Below, piece after piece: positions 59,734 to 64,000 of a stretch of DNA of 64,000 nucleotides. The stretch comes from Corallochytrium limacisporum Hawaii (Eukaryota; Protista; Pluriformea), in the NCBI GenBank assembly GCA_002811645.1, contig PDIP01000083.1:196366-260365 (forward strand), written 5' to 3'. The translations under genes were made by a program, and so were the position numbers. Position 1 is the first letter of the stretch, and the number at the start of each line of letters is the position of its first letter. Below the pieces are notes generated by a model. That model ran no database searches. It was given only the letters and a program-made list of their open reading frames with translations, and was not told where the DNA came from.

Positions 59734-61266
59734 TCAGTCGTCCTCATGATCACCGCTGGTTTTGTCTTTGATGCGAATCAGACCCTGGCGGTAGAGGTCC
59801 GCAACCATGCCCAGGATTTCCTCTTCGTCTACAGTGCCATCAGCCTCCTCGACGAGCTTACTGAGGGTCACGCTGTTAGGATAGGCATTCACTAGCACCT
59901 CCGGGATGAAGGCAAGCTCAGCCTTGACCCGCAGACGGTACGGTACCTCAATCTCCTTGTACTGTCTGGTATTGTCAGCAGTGTGGAAAATATCTACAAA
60001 GCCTTCGGTTTCGTCAGTGAGGTCAGCTGCGGGGCAAACACGTAGGGCAAATTGACCGATTAATGTCAATGTGGAGTCACTGTCCAAACTTGGGAAGGTG
60101 TCCGCAGGACGGTGAATTGTGCCGATTGACTCCGTCTTGCTCAAACACGGGGGCAGACTCTCGTGGATGAGATTAATGGCCATGCTGTCTGCAGCATCAT
60201 CTACCACAGAATCATCGAGCATGTCAGCTAGACCAGCAACCATTTCCTTGACCTGGTCCATGAAATCTTTTCGCTTCTCCAGTTTCTCTCCCCCGTGCTC
60301 ACTTACAGCATCCGCGGACTGCAAGCCGGTTGTCTGCAAGTACCGGAGAGGCAGTCCTTCCCTGTAGGAAAGCGATGACGTGGTGGCCTTCTCTATTAGC
60401 ACCGGCATCAACTTCTCCAAGAAATTGCTCCAGGTGTTCTGCTGGTAAGTGGATATGGTAATGTGGAAAGAATGACCACAACCGGGCACTGTGCGAGCTT
60501 GATGTACGTGGCCTCTGGGCAGGTAGAGCAGGTCACCCTCGGACAGCGTGATCTCCCGGTTTGGATTGCCAACTTCCTCCTGGGAGAAGTTTCCACTCGA
60601 TTCAAGCGGCAAGCGATCGTCCTCATGGCTGTGATGCAGTTTCCAATGCTTCTGGCCCTCAAGTTGCAAAATGAACACGTCGACATCGTCCCAGTGTGGT
60701 GCGAATCCTTGGGTTTCCTCCGGAGTCCAATAGACATTTGCACCGCAGAAACTGCCAAAATACTCCGTCAGAAGGTAATTCAGGCGCCATACATTCTTGG
60801 AGTACGTTGCAGGATTCAAGAAGCGAACGCTGCATCCATCCTCAAGGAATTCGCTCAATACGTTAGGGTACACTTTGCCTGTTGGATTGTGTGTCTCCCG
60901 TACACCCTCACGGTAGCTGGTGATGTCAATATTCTTTGTGTACTCTATCCGGTCTTGCATGCAAATTTTCATGAGCTCCATGCTGGAGAAAACATGAGAG
61001 TAGTATCCTGGATCTTTGCGCTTGACGTGCAACGGGTTTTTCTCGAAGTATTTCTTGTGAAACTCTTCTACTTTTGTGGGTCCGATCAGCCAGCGCAAAG
61101 CATCTTCTCCGCTGCGCAGCTTGAAGGGATTCACTGCAGCGCTGCCATTACTACTAGGTGCATTGGTTACATCGCCATTTACCGAAGCCTTGGCCTTCTT
61201 TCCAGGGCGCTGCATTGCATGTTCCCTATGCTCGGCCACACTGACCGCAATTCGTTTTTTGCCCAT
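59734..61266 (-). CDS. RIOX1: Ribosomal oxygenase NO66/RIOX1 (JmjC, cupin-4)
   Basis: GANVYWTP...QGFAPHWDDVDVFILQLEGQKHW, LSEGDLLYLPRGHVHQA, HSFHITISTYQ; HxD...H Fe triad intact. Confidence 0.93.
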   Translation of the reverse strand: MGKKRIAVSVAEHREHAMQRPGKKAKASVNGDVTNAPSSNGSAAVNPFKLRSGEDALRWLIGPTKVEEFHKKYFEKNPLHVKRKDPGYYSHVFSSMELMKICMQDRIEYTKNIDITSYREGVRETHNPTGKVYPNVLSEFLEDGCSVRFLNPATYSKNVWRLNYLLTEYFGSFCGANVYWTPEETQGFAPHWDDVDVFILQLEGQKHWKLHHSHEDDRLPLESSGNFSQEEVGNPNREITLSEGDLLYLPRGHVHQARTVPGCGHSFHITISTYQQNTWSNFLEKLMPVLIEKATTSSLSYREGLPLRYLQTTGLQSADAVSEHGGEKLEKRKDFMDQVKEMVAGLADMLDDSVVDDAADSMAINLIHESLPPCLSKTESIGTIHRPADTFPSLDSDSTLTLIGQFALRVCPAADLTDETEGFVDIFHTADNTRQYKEIEVPYRLRVKAELAFIPEVLVNAYPNSVTLSKLVEEADGTVDEEEILGMVADLYRQGLIRIKDKTSGDHEDD

Positions 61267-61668
61267 GCTTGACTTAGATCTATATTCTTATTACCTCTTT
61301 ATGATCGTTCATAAAAGGAAGGGTATGTGAATACTTCAATTGGAATGACATAAATACCATACGCAGGTAAAGTTTAAGGCCACTTCCTACAATTCAGTGC
61401 AAACGTACTAGCCCTCACGTGGAGGGTTTTGCAAAACTTGCGGGTCAGTGCGGAAAATAACGGGTTTTCGGGGTGTGAGTGACTCGCAGGGAAGGAGGGG
61501 CTATACAATTTCTTATCCCAAGAGCAGAGACGGGGGGGATCGAGGCGGGACAGAAGGATCTCCAAAAGGATTGGGGTCTGCGTCCCTTGAGGTATTGTAG
61601 GACAATCAAAAGTGGATCGGAGATGGATATATTTGCATTTCTTGAATCGCTAGTGGTTGGCTAGGCTT

Positions 61669-63369
61669 CTACAGGTGGCTGTTGGTGGACGGGGTGAAGG
61701 TGACCATCACACCTTTGTCCGTTTCTTTGGAACTGACACGGCCTTTCCGGCCAACATACTCGTTGGCGACCATGGCCGTGAGGGTGGCTTCGTCTGTGTT
61801 CAGAGCCACGAAGCGCTGTCCAGTCTCCAACCGGCCGATAATAGTCGCCTTGCTCGGTTTGCCCTTCTTGAACTCCACAGAGTATGCCTCAATGGTGCCC
61901 TGTCCGAAAGGCTCCGGAGCGACCGGCACTGGCTTCACGCTGGCATCCACCGCCTGCTGAATGGCAACGGGGCTGTCACGTTCCCACCTTCTGCCTCCGT
62001 TGAGTGGCGGGGACGTGGAGTAAATACCAGCAGCATGCTTGCTTACGTAGCCACCGTTGGCATTTACAAACCCGAGCTTTCGCGGGTTCTTGCGGCAGGT
62101 CTCGACCATGGCAGCGATTGAGTGCATAACGTAGTTATTTCCGGGGCCACCGTGGTAGGGCAAGCCGCCAGTGACGGTCAGCGGTCGTGTCTCCTTGACT
62201 CCGTCGAAACCAAGGACATCGCAAGCCATTTCCACAGCAGAAGGGAAGCAACTGTATATATCAAAGAAGGCAATGTCGCGCGGCTTCACGTTAGCCTGGC
62301 GGAATGCTGACTCGAAGGAGTACGTCATTCCCGTGCTCTTAGTGAGGTCAGGGCGCTCGGAGAGGAAGAGAGGGCTCTCGTAACAATCACCTGCACCATG
62401 CAAGAAGACAATCTTTTCGTCAGCCACACCACACTGCTTAGCGTGGGAGTAGGACGTGAGCAGCACAGCAGCACCCTGATTCAGGTCCCAGATACTGTTC
62501 AACCACTTTGTGTATGGATAGGAGATAAAACGGTTGCGCTTAGTAGGAGTGGCAATCTCTTCGGCCGTGTGGTAATCGGTCTTCCAGCTGTACTCCGTGT
62601 TCTCACTGGCCACCTTGCAGAACTTTTCGAAGAGTTTGCCCATGTAGAGCATGTGCTCCTCCGGGCCATGGCCCTTCGAAGCGCGGATGGCGGTCTCAAG
62701 GGTTGGGTAGATCTCAATAGGCACCTTCAGACCATGTCGCAGTTCCATTGGCGTGCTCAACTCTTTGGCGGTCTGGAAAGGCTCGAAGGGCACGCTTGCG
62801 TCCTTATCACCTTCTTTGCGGTGGTTCTGCACCATTTCCATGGCCTTGGAGGGGTCCTTCTGCATGAGAAGGCCAAGACTGCCCTGCAGAGCATACATGG
62901 CTTCGCCGCCGGTCAGCAGAGCGGTCTTGATCTGACCCTCTGCGCGGTTGGAACCCTTGGCGATCTCAGCGGCGAAGTGATTCACCAGAGACTGCGGCGT
63001 GTTGCCACCGAGCGCGGAGTGGACAAAGGTAGTCTTTGCGCCACCATCGGCACCCGCGCGAGCCTTGTGTGGATCACGACCCATCTTACGCATAACACTG
63101 GCGGCGGGGTTTTTCCAAATGCCTACAAGCAGATCAGGAACCTCTCCAGGCAAACCAGAATCAATGATGGTTCTCGTGAATGTGAGCACATCAATTTCAT
63201 TGATGCTGATTCCTGCATCCTTGAGTGCCTTGTCTCCCGCGACCGCAGCTAGTTCGATCGGGGTTGTTACTGTGTCAGGAAGCTTAACCCGCTTCGTATA
63301 CTGACCGACACCCACAATGACGGGTGTGTCTGGGTGGATTGCTGGCATCTTTGCGGTACCTTGTGTCAT
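61669..63369 (-). CDS. Bacterial-type thiolase-like protein (acetyl-CoA acetyltransferase family, TLP1-type with extra C-terminal domain), PTS1-like SHL end
   Basis: TPVIVGVGQ, GGNTPQSLV, NRFISYPYTK, NQGAAVLL, DIYSCFPSAV, LTVTGGLPYHGGPGNNY, NANGGYVSKHAAGIYS, GTIEAYSV...GRLETGQRF. Confidence 0.9.
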   Translation of the reverse strand: MTQGTAKMPAIHPDTPVIVGVGQYTKRVKLPDTVTTPIELAAVAGDKALKDAGISINEIDVLTFTRTIIDSGLPGEVPDLLVGIWKNPAASVMRKMGRDPHKARAGADGGAKTTFVHSALGGNTPQSLVNHFAAEIAKGSNRAEGQIKTALLTGGEAMYALQGSLGLLMQKDPSKAMEMVQNHRKEGDKDASVPFEPFQTAKELSTPMELRHGLKVPIEIYPTLETAIRASKGHGPEEHMLYMGKLFEKFCKVASENTEYSWKTDYHTAEEIATPTKRNRFISYPYTKWLNSIWDLNQGAAVLLTSYSHAKQCGVADEKIVFLHGAGDCYESPLFLSERPDLTKSTGMTYSFESAFRQANVKPRDIAFFDIYSCFPSAVEMACDVLGFDGVKETRPLTVTGGLPYHGGPGNNYVMHSIAAMVETCRKNPRKLGFVNANGGYVSKHAAGIYSTSPPLNGGRRWERDSPVAIQQAVDASVKPVPVAPEPFGQGTIEAYSVEFKKGKPSKATIIGRLETGQRFVALNTDEATLTAMVANEYVGRKGRVSSKETDKGVMVTFTPSTNSHL

Positions 63370-64000
63370 AAAACCTGTATTACAAACTGCCTACCACCAA
63401 CCTTTTGAACCGGTTGATTGGTGTGCATTGAGTATGAACAAACAAGTGCCCGGTGGGCTGCTGCAGTGTTCTATATAGGTTAAGTGACTGCAGGTCAGAC
63501 TGCTATGCGCTGTTGCACCACTGGATTGATGTTATTGGGGTGTAAGTGGTACTTTCAGAGACATCGCTTCCAACGTTCAAAGGCTAGCCAGTTTTCATCG
63601 CCTTTTTCCCTTTCGCCGATCGCTTCTGTGGGGGACACACTACCCTTCTACCCCCAAAAATAAACCAAGAAAAGGCGATTGCAGAAAAGACCCGGTTCAG
63701 TGCATTGAGAAAAAAATTGGAGAAAATGGAGGATATTGCCAACGGATACATAAACTGAAAAACAGAAACCACACCGGAATTCATAGTGGGCCATCTGCGC
63801 AAGAATGTCGCGATTCATCACTCCACCAGTTGCCTGCCCTTCCACACCGCCCCCTTGCGCAGTCCGTAGTACCACCCTCTGTCTGGGAATATTGTATCAA
63901 ATCTACTCATTTTGATTTAGCTCTGCCGTCGCTTGGGAGAGCGGGAAAATTTTGACAGATTCGAACTCAGCACCCTCGAATGTATAACTGTGCCAATCTT

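Overview
Eukaryotic nuclear DNA from a draft assembly with two N gaps. It is gene-dense (about 23 well-supported CDSs), and the coding regions are essentially intron-free, including an 8.8-kb BEACH gene in one ORF. Splice signals instead cluster in 5' leaders and in apparent gene deserts. The gene set mixes animal-like (BTG/Tob, Pol mu/TdT-type Pol X, annexin A7/A11-like), fungal-like (ChAPs exomer adaptor, Yhm2-like carrier, Atg38-like) and plant/bacterial-like genes (DA1-type peptidase, TLP1-type thiolase-like protein, cyanobacterial/plant-type alpha/beta hydrolase). This fits an intron-poor unicellular opisthokont such as Corallochytrium (inference only). No rRNA, tRNA, CRISPR array or intact transposon was recognised. 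Best leads: (1) an AMPK-beta-type glycogen-binding CBM48 fused to an intact EEP phosphoesterase, a candidate laforin/SEX4-independent glucan phosphatase; (2) a membrane RBR E3 ligase with a WH2/thymosin-like motif and a PP1 RVxF motif; (3) a DA1-like metallopeptidase outside plants; (4) a bacterial-type thiolase-like protein ending in a PTS1; (5) hidden spliced models in the 6.4-kb desert upstream of BTG. All family calls are by eye from motifs; no database searches were run.
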